DNA of 64,000 bases from positions 868,001-932,000 of the forward strand of contig CM030334.1 in NCBI GenBank assembly GCA_017654855.1, read 5' to 3'. The stretch's first letter is position 1. Every line of letters begins with the position of its first letter. A program made the position numbers and the translations under genes. This document shows positions 38,116 through 50,255 of this stretch, one piece after another. The notes under the pieces are model-generated. The model worked only from the letters and a program-made list of their open reading frames with translations. It did not search any database and was not told the origin of the DNA. Source of the stretch: Podospora anserina (lineage: Eukaryota).

Positions 38116-38791
38116 ATGTTAAGACCAGGTAGTCCCAGCACTATGGCTTTAGTGATTGACCCATCGGCCCAAGACGGCATTGGTAGTGCTGGAGGCGGCG
38201 CGCCGCCGCCGGTACCTATCCTGGACGGTCTACCGGACACTTCCGAATCTGACATCGAAAAGCCGAGCAAAGACCGTCGATACCGTTGCAAGCTGTGTCC
38301 AATCGGCACGGATCCCATCGCGGGAGCCGCCCGATATCAACCCCTTGCCAATAAACGCAATATGGGGCGCCACCTGATCGACATTCACAAGGCCAGGCCC
38401 GGGTCATCCACCAAAGAAACTTGGCGGAGAGTTTCCCAGCGCCATGCACAAAGAAGAGCCGGGAAAGCGCGTGTCTCTGCTCGGGCTGGCCATGCTCGAG
38501 GGCGTCGTTAAGGTCCAATCCATCCCGGCCATGGTCATGCTACGAATGGGTTGTCCAATGGCCAGCAGCAGACTCCTCAGAGCGGGCAATTTCTTGCCAG
38601 CGATCATCACCGCGCGGAGTCGAGTTACCCAACCCCTCAGCAGCCTGTTCTAAGCAGCACTCCCTCTCAATTAACATACCAGCCACATCCTACCCCTTAG
38701 CAGAGCACACCCAGAGGGTACAACTGATCCCAGATATCTACCTGGAGCCTCGTCGAACCAGCGCAAACACGGCGACGATTCGGGTGCCTAA
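38116..38791 (+). pseudogene. Degenerate paralog of the C2H2-finger gene
   Basis: YRCKLCP...LANKRNMGRHLIDIH finger. In-frame TAA at 38509 and TAG at 38698 interrupt a Q/P/H-rich region. After a frameshift it ends TTDPRYLPGASSNQRKHGDDSGA*. Confidence 0.6.
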
Positions 38792-38989
38792 ATAGGCTAT
38801 ATGCGAAGTGGGAGTTGGCTATTGTTTGTTTCTTGTATAACTAAATGGAAGCGGAATAGGGGTCCTTGCGGAGCTACCTAGTTACATGAGGGGTAGAGCT
38901 GAGCGCGGAAGATATCTTCTGTTGGATTGTTTTATCACTGTAATCTTCCTTGTATTTTAAACACTTCTTTTCTATTCACTTTACTTTTG

Positions 38990-39520
38990 TCCTAAACACT
39001 GGTTATGCCCACAACACTGGTTATATCCCCAACACCTGTTACACGGGGGGGGACACTAGTCAGGTACGGCGAGAGTGTCAGCTACAGCCCGAGCAATATG
39101 TACCGGTCAGAACCACGGTTGCGGTCAAGGCACCGGTTACGGCCAGAAGATTGGCGCAGGAGAGATCACAACCTCTTAGGTGTAAACCCCGCCCTGGTGA
39201 TTGATCCTCAATATTTCCCTTCGCCTCTGCCTAGCCAGCAGAGATTTCGGTACGAGAGTTCAGGTGGACAAATGTTTCGAGGTGAAAATCCGACGGGTGT
39301 TATCGGCCCACGGTACCTTCCAGGGCATAGGGTTAGCTAGCAGCAACTTCGCCACGGGCATTCGGGCGGTGAGGTGCCTCAAGATGTAAACCCGACGGGT
39401 GTCCTCAATCCTCGATATCTTTTCGGCGCTCGCGCCTCGTCAAGACGGGGCGGCGCATGATGACTAGGTATGATGAAGATGAGATTTTGGAGGGCGACTT
39501 AGAATGGAACCAACTACAAC
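38990..39520 (+). pseudogene. Fragmentary paralog: NTGY repeats, three (I/L)xPxY modules and an acidic tail
   Basis: Shares the 15-mer CGGTCAAGGCACCGG with 36134-36148 (here 39122-39136). NLLGVNPALVIDPQYF aligns with NLQGLNPAGTIDPRYF at about 40987. Multiple frameshifts. Confidence 0.6.
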
Positions 39521-40357
39521 CAAGCTATGTTATTTTATAGTGATGGGGAGGGGTTCATTGAGAGTTTGTTGGTGTACGACTTCGAGTTCAGGAAGGTTGA
39601 GCAAAGTTGCAAGGACGGGAAGCTGTGAAAACGCAGCATGGTGTTGAGTTCAGAAACCCAGACAGTTGAGTTGAAGAAGAATGTAATTGATCGTTGTTTC
39701 ATATAGCTGGTGGAAGCAAGTCAAGGTAGGTATCTAACAGGACAGTGTACTAGGGCCATCTCTATAGGGGAAGACCTCGTATTTCATCTGGCAAGCTCAC
39801 CAATGCCCTGCCTGCCCCCTCGACTGATACCTGCTCGGCCAAGCCTTACATATAAGACCTACATCACATCACGTCCATTTCCCGCTCCACACCAGCACTT
39901 TTGCAACGGAGGAATCGCTCTGTGTTGTGGGGCAGCCCACAGTTCACTCCATCCTGTGGCTTGGGCCAACCTGGCCTGCGCAGTTCATCTTTGCTCACAG
40001 CTTTGCTCCGTGGTTGAGTTTGGCGTCTTCCTTCTATGCCCTGCATTGCGGTACCACCGACTATTCTAACACCACGACATCGATCAGTCGGAGGTTTGAT
40101 ACGCCTTTCTCATCCAACCTGTAAGTGTTCAATTTTGCGCCAGAGTTACTCTGGGCGCGTTTTCCGTCATCATCCCTAGACAGGGCCTAACAGTTTCGTA
40201 GATCAGATCGATAGATTGTCGCCGTGCCTTTCCGCACAAAGCAAGGTAAGAAGTGGCCAACACCTCGCTTGCCATCCCACTACATTTTACTCTAACAAAT
40301 GATGAGATAATATAGCCAAACCTAAACAACAATCGGTCTTACTTACAGGCCACGACA

Positions 40358-41402
40358 ATGGCGATGGTCCTGGGACCAGGGGTTGCGCAAGGTGGACTTG
40401 GTGGGTTTGGTGGGCCACCACCACCTCGGCCTCCTCCACCGCCACCCCCGCCGCCAGGACCGACGAGCACATGTGTCAGCAAGGAAGCCACGCGTATCAA
40501 ATGCTATTCGAGCTGGACGAAGAGCTCAAGCGAAAATGCAGGCTGAACGTCGGCAACTCGAGCGTGCTCAGCAACAACAGCCCGCCATGCCTCACCAAAA
40601 CATCGTGGCTGGTCCGCTTCATCATCGAGCTTTTCCTGGGCCTCCTAATCGGCAACGTGCCTATGCGAACATGCAGCAAACTGTTCCTAGCATGGAGAGG
40701 TCTTCATATGATGGCATGGGGAATCCTTCGCATTCTAGTTTGGAGAGTACTTCCCGCCAGCATCCACCCGGGAATGATTCCTATGGTCGCATGGAGAATG
40801 CTATGTCTCGTCAATCTCTTCAGAATTGACGCTTTTGATGCCCAGCATCAGCCCAGCAGCACTGTTTCGGCCAGGGTTCCGACATCAACCCAAGAAAATC
40901 CCCACGACGAGCTTTCACGTTTCAGCGATCCCCGACTTCTCTCATTCTCCTCGACAATGCAACCAAGAGCCCTCAACACGCAAACAAACCTCCAGGGGCT
41001 CAACCCAGCTGGGACCATCGATCCCCGATATTTCCTGGCCCGCACGCCCGACCAGCAGAGCTTCCAACCAGCGAATTCAGGTGCACAAATGCCTGGAGCC
41101 AACGATGGCCAAGGTAGAAACATTGGACAGCAGCCCGTAAACGCCGGTTCCCGGTCCCGTCTGCGAGGTTGAACCGTCGACATCGGCCCAGATTGTCTCA
41201 GGAGTACATCCAGGATCAGGCTCTAGATGATGAAGCTATGGCGCTGCAAAATGACGACGACGAGATCATCGAGGGTGATTCTGAGGATGAGGACGATATG
41301 TACCACGAGTATTTAAGTACAGTTTCTCGGACCGTTTTCACGCACGACACGAGAGGGATTTCTGGGGTCTCAAGGGAAAGTCCTGCTGAGGGATGTGATT
41401 GA
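40358..41402 (+). pseudogene. Frameshifted paralog (P-rich, Q-rich, DPRLL/IDPRYF, acidic tail)
   Basis: Protein-like sequence passes across ORFs at 40358, 40383, the 3' part of 40471 and 41169. DDDEIIEGDSE resembles DEDEILEGDLE at about 39472. Confidence 0.5.
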
Positions 41403-42639
41403 TATTGATATTTGTACGAACACGACTGCTCAAGATAAAAGGAAGACTGCCCAAGATAAGAGACATTACAGGGGAGGAGGGTGGTTCAGTCTTGAGGACA
41501 ACATTGTGGGTTGAGGAGGAGGTGGTGATGTCAGAATAGGGTTCTCATGGATTGACCCGGAGAAGGATTTCTAAAAGTGATGGAGGAGTGCTTTATACCT
41601 GTACAGTTACGAAGCGGGACAATGGAGGGAAGACGGGTGGTGATGAGAGTTGTAGGCCGAAGCACTGCAGGGAGCTTTTTCTTTTTCTTCATGTCGGGTA
41701 TGGACTAGGACTGTCGACTACTGTAGTAAGTATTATCCGCATTATTAATCCTTCCTTTCTGCTTTGTCTGTTTCCAGTCGCGCCCCTTTCTTGAGCTTGC
41801 CTGCCTATTGATTTCCTGCTATCGAAGCCATCTGTTAAGTTGACATAAGAATTATAAGATGCGTTTCTCCGCTTTCTGAATTCCGGCAGTCTTCCATTGA
41901 TCAGGCTACACTTGCAAAAACTCAACAAGGGCCATGTTCTTTTCAATCTTGGTTGTTTGAACGAAGGTTTCCACCATGGAAAGATCAATGAGAAGCAGTG
42001 TTCTATTGATCACGTTGCCCCTTTGCCTAGGTATGGTATCCTTAGCGGTGGTTTTGGCCTCTCAGTGCCACCAAGACTTGGATCAGCTCCCTGAAGCTGG
42101 GAGTCATTTCGAGGAAGGGGAAGATGGGGTTGAACAAGACAGCAACAGGGGCGTGGGAGAAAGGCTCTGGATTGATGAAGATCAGTGGCTGATTACACAC
42201 CGTTTTCTAGAATCACGATGAGGGAACATACACACACAGCTGAGCACTATGCTGCCTTCCCACCGGAGGAGAGACATGAGAATGCTCACCAGCCTCGTTC
42301 TCTCGTCCAGCATCACAACCAAGGCGATGGCGTGAGAAATAGTCAGACAGAGAGGGGTCACCAGGCGTGCGCTATATGAGTGGTCCGAGGGCGCATTCCA
42401 GGATTCACCCCCGCACCTGACTGGCCGGGGACGGAACGGAGCTGGATCCGGGCGGGGTCCCGACGTGGCAGGGCATCATCTGCACGCACTTCGGTCACGG
42501 CCCCTCCCGCCCTCATTCGCTAACCCCCTCGCTAACGCCGGCCCAAGACTCCCTCCGCGCTGCAGCAAAGACTTCTTTTGAGTCTAACACGCCCCCACAT
42601 TCAACCTTTTCCCTGCCTGCGAACCCCCAAACAGCTTGG

Positions 42640-42682
42640 TGTGTTGTGCTGTGTTGGGTTGTGTTGTGTTGTGTTGTGTTGT
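42640..42682. repeat. Imperfect (TGTGT)n microsatellite
   Basis: Visible pentanucleotide repeat upstream of the methyltransferase. Confidence 0.75.
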
Positions 42683-42825
42683 GGCCTGTTAAAAATTCCA
42701 TGCATGCCACCTCTGACTGTGTTACCACGCTTCTCTCCTCTTCTCTTGTCGCAATGCTCCTCCTCCATCAACAAATCACTTGACTTGACGAACAGCGCGT
42801 TTGCTTGCTACTAGGTACTCAAAAA

Positions 42826-43824
42826 ATGACCCTCATCGAACACGACACCCAGGGCGTCGAAGTCGACCAAGACTTTGACAAGTTCGCCCAGAGCCAAGAA
42901 GCAGCCACCTCGTCCACCACCTCCCTCCACAGCAGCCTCGTCAACTACGAGTGGAAACACGGCCGCCGCTACCACTCCTACCAAGCCGGGAGCTACTCCT
43001 TCCCCAACGACGAGCGCGAGCAGGAGCGTCTCGACCTGGTCCACCACGCCTTCTGGCGCACGCTCAACGACCGCTTGTTCCTCGCGCCCATCAACCCCGA
43101 CGACGGGCTCCGCATCCTCGACATCGGCACCGGAACTGGACTCTGGGCCATCCACCTTGGGGAGGACCACCCTGGCGCAAAGGAGATCATCGGCAACGAC
43201 CTCAGCCCCATCCAGCCGAGGTGGGTGCCGCCCAATGTGCAGTTCATCGTCGACGATGTCGAGCTCGACTGGGTGCATGCCGGCGTGAGCGTCGAGCCGT
43301 ATGATTACATCCACTGTCGGTACATGGCGGGCGGTATCAGGGACTGGCCGAGGCTGGTGAAGCAGATGTATGACAATGTCAAGCCGGGTGGGTGGGTTGA
43401 GTTTCAGGAGTCGGCCAACACGCTGTACTCTCAGGATGGTACCCTGAGCAAGGACAATGCCATGGTTCGCATGATGGAGGGTTTGATCTTGGCGTGCGAC
43501 AAGATTGGGCGGACGTTGGATCCGGCGCCGCAGATGGAGAAGTGGGTGAAGGATGCTGGGTTCATCAATGTCGAAGTGCAGAAGTTTAGGCTGCCGATTG
43601 GTAGCTGGCCGAAAGATGCGAGGTTGAAGGAGGTGGGAACGTTGATGGCGGTCAATTTCATCGAGGGTGTCGAGGCGTTCACGGCGTCGCTGTTTAGGGA
43701 TGTGCTAGGGTGGTCGCAGGACGAGGTGTCGGCGTTGAATGCCGAGGTGAGGGCTTCGGCGAAGAGGGGGAATGCGCACGCCATATTTGATTTCTTGGTT
43801 ATCACTGGGCAGAAGCCAGAGTAG
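42826..43824 (+). CDS. SAM-dependent methyltransferase (LaeA-like/UMTA-type fungal family)
   Basis: Intronless. Motifs HGRRYHSY...FPNDEREQERLDL, ILDIGTGTGLWA, DLSPIQP, DYIHCR and KPGGWVEFQE. Confidence 0.93.
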   Translation: MTLIEHDTQGVEVDQDFDKFAQSQEAATSSTTSLHSSLVNYEWKHGRRYHSYQAGSYSFPNDEREQERLDLVHHAFWRTLNDRLFLAPINPDDGLRILDIGTGTGLWAIHLGEDHPGAKEIIGNDLSPIQPRWVPPNVQFIVDDVELDWVHAGVSVEPYDYIHCRYMAGGIRDWPRLVKQMYDNVKPGGWVEFQESANTLYSQDGTLSKDNAMVRMMEGLILACDKIGRTLDPAPQMEKWVKDAGFINVEVQKFRLPIGSWPKDARLKEVGTLMAVNFIEGVEAFTASLFRDVLGWSQDEVSALNAEVRASAKRGNAHAIFDFLVITGQKPE

Positions 43825-44369
43825 GTGTCATGGGGTTGGACACCCCGGCATGTAGAGATACCACAATGCTGTCCCCCACCTTGATGACGAGTCCCGCTGA
43901 TTGTTCATGGATCTCTCAAGATACACAACCCAGATCTAGACCAGTCCATGGATCCATGCCCAGCTGATTGACTTGCATGTCTCACCTTGCACTCTCCCCA
44001 TTGGCGATTCCTCGCCCACCTGTTTCTGACTCGCACCACAGAATCAAGATCCCATTCGTTTATCTGACACCTGATAGTGTTACGGGCATTTCAAGCTTGC
44101 GCCTCCGCCCCTTCCCACTCCCCGTCGCTTCGTTTAAAGAAAGCGGAGAACTATGTTCGTGTTCCTGCCAGCAGACGTCCAATGACATCATCGTCGTCCC
44201 CGTCCCCGTCCCACGGCTGTGGCTCCCTCCCGTGTTTAAAACCCCTCCTTTCCAATTCAAACCTCTGCTTTCAAATCTCCCCCATCAACATCCAGCAATA
44301 CAGCCATAGCTTTCCTCAAACAAATCTTCCATATCCAACCTTTACAACCAAACCACATCCCTACCCAAC

Positions 44370-44783
44370 ATGGACTTCCTCAACAAAGTCACCGGCGGAA
44401 ACAACACCTCCCAACCCGCCGACCACTCCAACAACCCCACCACCACCAACCCCACCGATCAGTCTTCCTCCTCCGGCGGCGGCCTAATGGACAAGTTTAA
44501 CAGCCTCGCCGGCGGCGGCAAGGAGTCGGAGAAGAAGGAGGATCCTCTCGATAAGGGTACGTTTGGTCCACCAACCAACCTTACCCACTCCACTACGTCA
44601 TCACCACTAACAAATAAAAAAATAAAAATAGGAGTCGACCTCTTCCAGCAACACGTCCTCGGACAGGGCGACCAGTCCAACGAGAGCGCCATCGAGCAGG
44701 CCAAGGATGAGCAGATCAGTGATTTCATTCGGGACCAGTACAAGAAGAATGCGGGGAAGGATTTTCCTGTGGCTGATAAATAG
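44370..44783 (+). CDS. Small hydrophilic fungal protein (often annotated DDR48-like)
   Basis: Exons 44370-44556 and 44632-44783 (75-nt GTACGT...TAG intron). EDPLDKGVD...QGDQSNESAIEQAKDEQISDFIR is a motif I recognise from small fungal stress proteins. Confidence 0.8.
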   Translation: MDFLNKVTGGNNTSQPADHSNNPTTTNPTDQSSSSGGGLMDKFNSLAGGGKESEKKEDPLDKGTFGPPTNLTHSTTSSPLTNKKIKIGVDLFQQHVLGQGDQSNESAIEQAKDEQISDFIRDQYKKNAGKDFPVADK

Positions 44784-45021
44784 ATGAGTGTTGGTGTTGG
44801 CATTTGCGGCTGCGGGCAATATGAGCAATGACTGGCTGGGAAGTTTGAAGGGGGTTAAGCCAGGGTTATGAGTTATGAAATTCAGACACTGATTCACTTC
44901 ACATGCATGGGGGTGTGGTGGTGTTGTTTTGCAACCGTCTATTAAGTTGTCTATTATGGATTCCAGTCCCCCTCTTTCTTCCTGGCAGTTCTCCCCTCCT
45001 ATTCAAAGTTTCATCTTCTTT

Positions 45022-45459
45022 TTAGTTGACGGTGGCCTGGTTCAAGTTGTTGATCAACCTCGCGCCATCAAACAAGCGGCCGTTGCCGGCCCTGGCGCGG
45101 CAGAGGTTCTTGCCGCGCTCGATGATGTTATTGGTGCAGGTCAGCTGGCTGTTGGCTACGCAGCTGAGTCTGGAGCCGCCTGTTTGTGTTTGTGTTAGCA
45201 TCACTCCCTGACTAAGGAAAGAGAGATTGGGAAAAGACATACAGTTGTTACCACCGGGGACGCAGCGGCCGGGCTGGCCGTTGGCGGCGAAGCACGAGTC
45301 CTGCTTGAGGGACGTGTTGGCCACGCAGCAGGTGCCGCGGGGGACGGGGCGGTTCTGGTTCTGGCGGGCGGCGATGGCGGGGACGGCGGGGTTCTCGGCC
45401 GCGGGCATGGCGGTTGTGAGGGCTGCCATGGCGAGGACGAGGGGGGTGAGGAACTTCAT
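45022..45459 (-). CDS. Small secreted cysteine-rich protein
   Basis: Signal peptide MKFLTPLVLAMAALTTA. Intron 45242-45180 (GTATGT...CAG). The mature part has 8 Cys, including a CC pair. Confidence 0.85.
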   Translation of the reverse strand: MKFLTPLVLAMAALTTAMPAAENPAVPAIAARQNQNRPVPRGTCCVANTSLKQDSCFAANGQPGRCVPGGNNCMSFPNLSFLSQGVMLTQTQTGGSRLSCVANSQLTCTNNIIERGKNLCRARAGNGRLFDGARLINNLNQATVN

Positions 45460-47072
45460 TTTGAGAGATGGTGTGGTTGAAAGGGGGAGTTGAGACTTGG
45501 TTTTGGCGTTGTGGAAAAAGATAAAAAAAGAAGAAGGACCCGACCGGCGGAATGAATGTGGGTGTTTTGTGGTATGAAGACAGAGAATTGAAGAGAAGGT
45601 TGAAGGAAAAGGGGACGGGAATAGACGGCGGAATTGAAGACTGGCTTAAAGACGAAAAGAAGATGTTGGAGAGGTAGTGAGGGAGGTGGGAGATTTATAG
45701 TTGAGCGAGGCTCTGTGTCGATCGGATCATGTTGCCGAAGGAGGCTCACTAATTCCCCCCTGGTGGAGTCGGAAACCCACGATGGTGGTAGCGCTTGGAT
45801 GTTTTGGTGGTTTTGGAGTGGCATTCTCAGGGGGTGTGCGGTTTCAACCCAAGGAATTCACCACTGTCGCGGGATTTGCAGCCGCTCCATTTGGGACAGC
45901 GGTTCGAGGGAGAGAAAGAAGAATGCATGGAAGGATCAGGCGATCGATGGGAAACATTGTTCGGATCGTCTGGGGAGGAGAAATCGTGGAAATCCGGGGT
46001 GGTTTTGAGACGGCTATCATGCCTTGACTTTGCCAAGCGCCCGTCTTGGCAGGGGGAGGGTTAAAGATAGTAGTTATTGGGAGCTTTGTCACGACGGGAT
46101 GCAATGCTGTGGTGATCTTGAGTGCTGAACCTGGGACGAATGGTTTTGGCGAATGGCACAATGTCTTGCGATGCGAATCGGGGAATGGGATCAGGAAGAT
46201 GATGCTCAGGAAAACAACAAGACCTCTCTCGGTTGGAATCAACCCGAGATCAGAGTCTAGCCAGAGTTGGATTGGCGGCTTCTTTGCTTCTCCTGGCGGC
46301 AGCGCCCGAGAACAAGGGGAGCGCGCCAAGCTTCGTGTCTCGGCAGTCGCTGGCAGCGGGAGAGCTCTTCTCACTGGTTCAACTTTATCGCGAGGCCGAT
46401 ATCATTCAACTTGAGCTCTAGATGGGGGAGTTCTTTGCTGAATTAACTGACGGTTTTCACGGCCAGAAGACATGACAGCAGTTTTCTCACATGAGCCTCT
46501 CACACCGGGAATTTTCGAACACCCACGGCTCATGTTCACTGCGAGCCAAGATCTCCTCAGACTGCAACGAATGAGAACAGAGCGTTTGATACAGACGAAG
46601 AATGACCGATCTAGGGAATTCTTTTCTTTCGTTTACTCATCACTGAAGAACAACAGCGATGACATGTTCTAGAATGGCCTCGGATTGTGCCTGGTGAGAC
46701 CATCACCACACCACGCGTGCCGTCTTGGCACGCTCACAGGCTGTTCAAGCGATGAACTCCCAATCGCTTCACCAACTCGCCAACAACCAAACGATCCATC
46801 ATATGACAGCTTGCCAATCAACGCCGCCAAGATATTCACTGCAGCAGCCAAGTTCTTTGCTCACACTCAACGGCGACAATCTGGTCCAGACACCAAAAGT
46901 TGATCAACAGGGGTTGGCACTGCAACGTCATGCTATCATCGACGTCATCAGCCTTTCCCGCTCCCCTCCTCACCAACCCTCAAGAATCATGATGCCGCTA
47001 CAATCATTGTTTGAATGCCCGACAGCATGAATTCAGCATTCCGACAGCCACCTAGGTGAGAAACAACAGAAA

Positions 47073-48302
47073 ATGGGCGACATTTACATCAGCAACGGAA
47101 CCTGCTACGGATCCGCAGGCAACGAGCTCGACAAAAGCTTCATCCCGTGCGGAAATGCCGCCTTTGGACCAGTGACGTGCTGCGGAGCGGGAGATGTCTG
47201 TCTCAGCAACAACGCTTGCTTCGGCGTCCACGGCACGCCAGGATCATACGGAGCAGACCTGACCTATCTCGCCGGGTGCACCGACGAATCATACAGAGAT
47301 GGGAGCTGTCCTGACAAGTATGGTATCGACCAGCCGTGGATCGCTTTGACGGTTTGCGATGACAGCGGTGGTGATTGGGCTCCGTGTCCTCAGGAGGGAA
47401 GCCCGACTACGCTGCAGAATGGTGCTTATTGCAGCTGTACTGATGCTGCGTCGACGACTGTCGCCATCAACAATTCGCCACGGCTGGCAGATATTGCTAG
47501 GTTGCCGCAGACGACTGGGGGGACTGTTTCATTCTTTCCGGGGAATGAGCCGACAAATACATCTCCTCCGGCTCAAACGACCGGCGGGGGGAATGGTGGA
47601 GGTCAGTCCAGCTCCCAATCGCAATCCCCATCGCAATCGCAACCACAACCAGGAACAACAGGCCAACCGCCAAATACAGGATCATCAAATACCAGCAGCA
47701 GCCCAATACCATCAGAGACAGGCTCACCAGGTTCAGACTCGGGAACGGGCTCGGACTCTGGCTCGGACCCAACCGGTGGTGGTGGTGGCGGGAGCTCTTC
47801 TTCAGGCGGCGGCCTGAACTCTGGCGCCAAGATCGGCATTGGCATAGGAGCTGCCATAGGAGGGCTCATACTGATTGCTACTCTGCTCACCCTCTGGCAC
47901 TACAACCGGAAGAACCGCCGATCTGCCTCTGGTGCCGCCGGGATTGAAGAAGGCGGGGAAAAGCCAAAAAAGGCATTCGCGCCTGTCCCGTCCCCTCGCG
48001 CATCCGAAGCTGACTCCAACCCTGTCTCGGAAGCGGACGGAAAAGCGGTGACACGGCCCTGGAGCATGAGAAGTGAGCTTGAAGGGAATAATACTGCTGC
48101 TGCCGCGGCAGGGAAGAAAGCGCCAACGGCGAATGGAAATCAAAAGGTTAATACTGATGGGGCAGCACGTCCGGGGGTGGGGGAGTTGGATGGGAGAGAG
48201 GTGCAGGAGCTTCCACCGCACCACGATCTGAGTCCGGTGGCAGAGCTTCCTGGGAGCGAGGCGTGGGCCCAGGCCCCGGGAGGGGGGAGGGGGAGGGTAT
48301 GA
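47073..48302 (+). CDS. Single-pass membrane protein (Cys-rich N-domain, S/T/G linker, Mid2-like TM)
   Basis: N-terminal TCY...PCG...TCCGAGDVCLSNNAC...AGCTD, TM GAKIGIGIGAAIGGLILIATLLTLW followed by basic residues, and cytoplasmic (S/A)EL motifs. Confidence 0.85.
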   Translation: MGDIYISNGTCYGSAGNELDKSFIPCGNAAFGPVTCCGAGDVCLSNNACFGVHGTPGSYGADLTYLAGCTDESYRDGSCPDKYGIDQPWIALTVCDDSGGDWAPCPQEGSPTTLQNGAYCSCTDAASTTVAINNSPRLADIARLPQTTGGTVSFFPGNEPTNTSPPAQTTGGGNGGGQSSSQSQSPSQSQPQPGTTGQPPNTGSSNTSSSPIPSETGSPGSDSGTGSDSGSDPTGGGGGGSSSSGGGLNSGAKIGIGIGAAIGGLILIATLLTLWHYNRKNRRSASGAAGIEEGGEKPKKAFAPVPSPRASEADSNPVSEADGKAVTRPWSMRSELEGNNTAAAAAGKKAPTANGNQKVNTDGAARPGVGELDGREVQELPPHHDLSPVAELPGSEAWAQAPGGGRGRV

Positions 48303-48833
48303 TGCGGGCTGAGATGGGACATTTTCTTGCTATGGTTGAGTTGGTCCGGCAGGCAATTTTCACGCGGTTGGTGGACTGATTTAGGGGGTACATATATTGG
48401 GGCCTTGGCTGATGTTACTTTATACCAGATGGGTGTTCATGGGGGATTTACATAATTCTAATAGCAAAAGGCTTGTACTTTGGTCTGTGTAACGTTTGGT
48501 TAAACGTGGTTGCACATGCTGTTGTGTGACCACATCAACCACCCGGATGGAGTGGTATTGGTCAATAGAAGGGGGTGACTGCAGAGCTTATTCTCTTGGC
48601 TTGGGTCTTGGCCTCGGTTTTCTATCACCGAGAGGAGTTGGACGCGGTAGGTTGATGCAGGAGAGGCGTGTTACCATGTTGGGGATTGGGGACAGGCCGC
48701 ATTGTCTGAGGACCAGTTTCTCCCGGGGGGATGGGTTGGGTCAAGTTTAAGTTGAGGTGGCCTCCCTTTCTTGGGGATGGTTGGGTTCGAGCAGCCGCAC
48801 CCGTTCAAAGAGGCACACCACCACCTATCCGTC

Positions 48834-50076
48834 ATGACCAAGCTGTACCGATCTGCTGCTGCTCTCGTTCTGTCCCTCCCTCTCTTGGGTCTGGGACAGC
48901 AGCAGGCGGCGGCACCTGATCCATGGGCGTTCACCCACTCGAACCAGGAAAAGGCCATTGTCTTGTCTCATACCGGCGGCTTCAACATTGGCAGCAAGAT
49001 CGTGGCTGACCCTCGACGTCCAGGCCAGACAATAACCTGTGATCACGGGTATTTCGTACGTCCCCCCATTCTCGTTTTCTTTCCCGCCCATTTCCGCTGA
49101 CCTTTTCCCCCAGGAATACTTCATTCCCCTCCACTCCCCCCCCCAAGGCCACCTCCGCCGGACAACCTCCCTCGTCCTCTGGCACTCCTCCTCCACCCAA
49201 ACCTTCCAAAACCGCTGGGACGGCGGGCCCGGGTTCAAAGACCTCCTCCTCCGCCTAGGCTACCCCGTCTACCTCTTCGAAGCCCCCCGCCTCGGCCGCG
49301 CAAACTGGGCTTGCAAACCCCACCGCTACGACGTCACCTACCGCGACCAGGACAACTTCCTCGCCTGGAATTTCGGACCGTCCTACCTCAACTGGTGGCC
49401 TGGCTTGCAATGGCCCGAGGACCCCGAGGTCAGAAGACTAAGCTGGGAGCAAGCTACCGGGGGTAGGTATGTGGAGTTTGATGACTACGAGCATATCCTC
49501 CTCCACGCTGAAGTAGCCGCCAAAGGGGCTGTTCACACTGAGCAAGGAGCAGAAAGAGGGGGGGTGGTTTACCTGACGAATTCTGCCGCGGGTCTGAGGG
49601 CGTTGCTTGCGGCTACGCTGAGCGATGAGACGGTTGGGAAGATAAGGGGGATTGTGGCGTATGAGAGCGCGGGGTACGTCTTTCCCGAGGGGCATAACGT
49701 CACCGACAGGAGGGATGAGCCGTTTGGGCCGTTGGTGGTGACGCAGGAGGCGTGGAGGAGGTTGGCAAAGTTGGATTTTGTGCAGTTTGTTTGGGGGGAT
49801 AATCACCCTGAGACGGGGAGCGGGTTTTGGGATGAGATGGTGGTGCAGAGTAGGCTTTGTGCGGAGCTGATTAACCTGTATGGGGGGAATGCGGAGGTGG
49901 TGAAGCTGAAGGAGGATTTGGGGGTGGTGGGGAATACGCATTGCCCGTTTACGGATATGAATAATGAGGTTATTTTGGGGCTGTTGGAGGAAAGGTTGGA
50001 GAGGAGTGGGTTGGATGGGTTTGAGGGGCGGGTGGGGAAGGGGAAGGGGAAGGGGAAGAGTAAGTGGAGAGGTTAA
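48834..50076 (+). CDS. Secreted alpha/beta-hydrolase-fold protein
   Basis: Signal peptide. Exons 48834-49055 and 49114-50076. Motifs CDHGYFEYFIP, NRWDGGPG, PRLGRA, nucleophile-like TNSAAG and GNTHCPF. Confidence 0.85.
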
Positions 50077-50255
50077 AGGACTGCTTTGAAGGTTTCTTTC
50101 ATAATGGAGGGATGCTCGTGTGTGTTTATGTTGGCTCGAAGGTGCAGCACAAAAACTGAAATGCTGTTCTTGCCCCCTTCTTCTGAGTCCCTGGATCGAA
50201 ACAGTGCCTCGTTTCCAACCCATATCAACCAGATGTGTCCCCTAAATCGTCAGAA

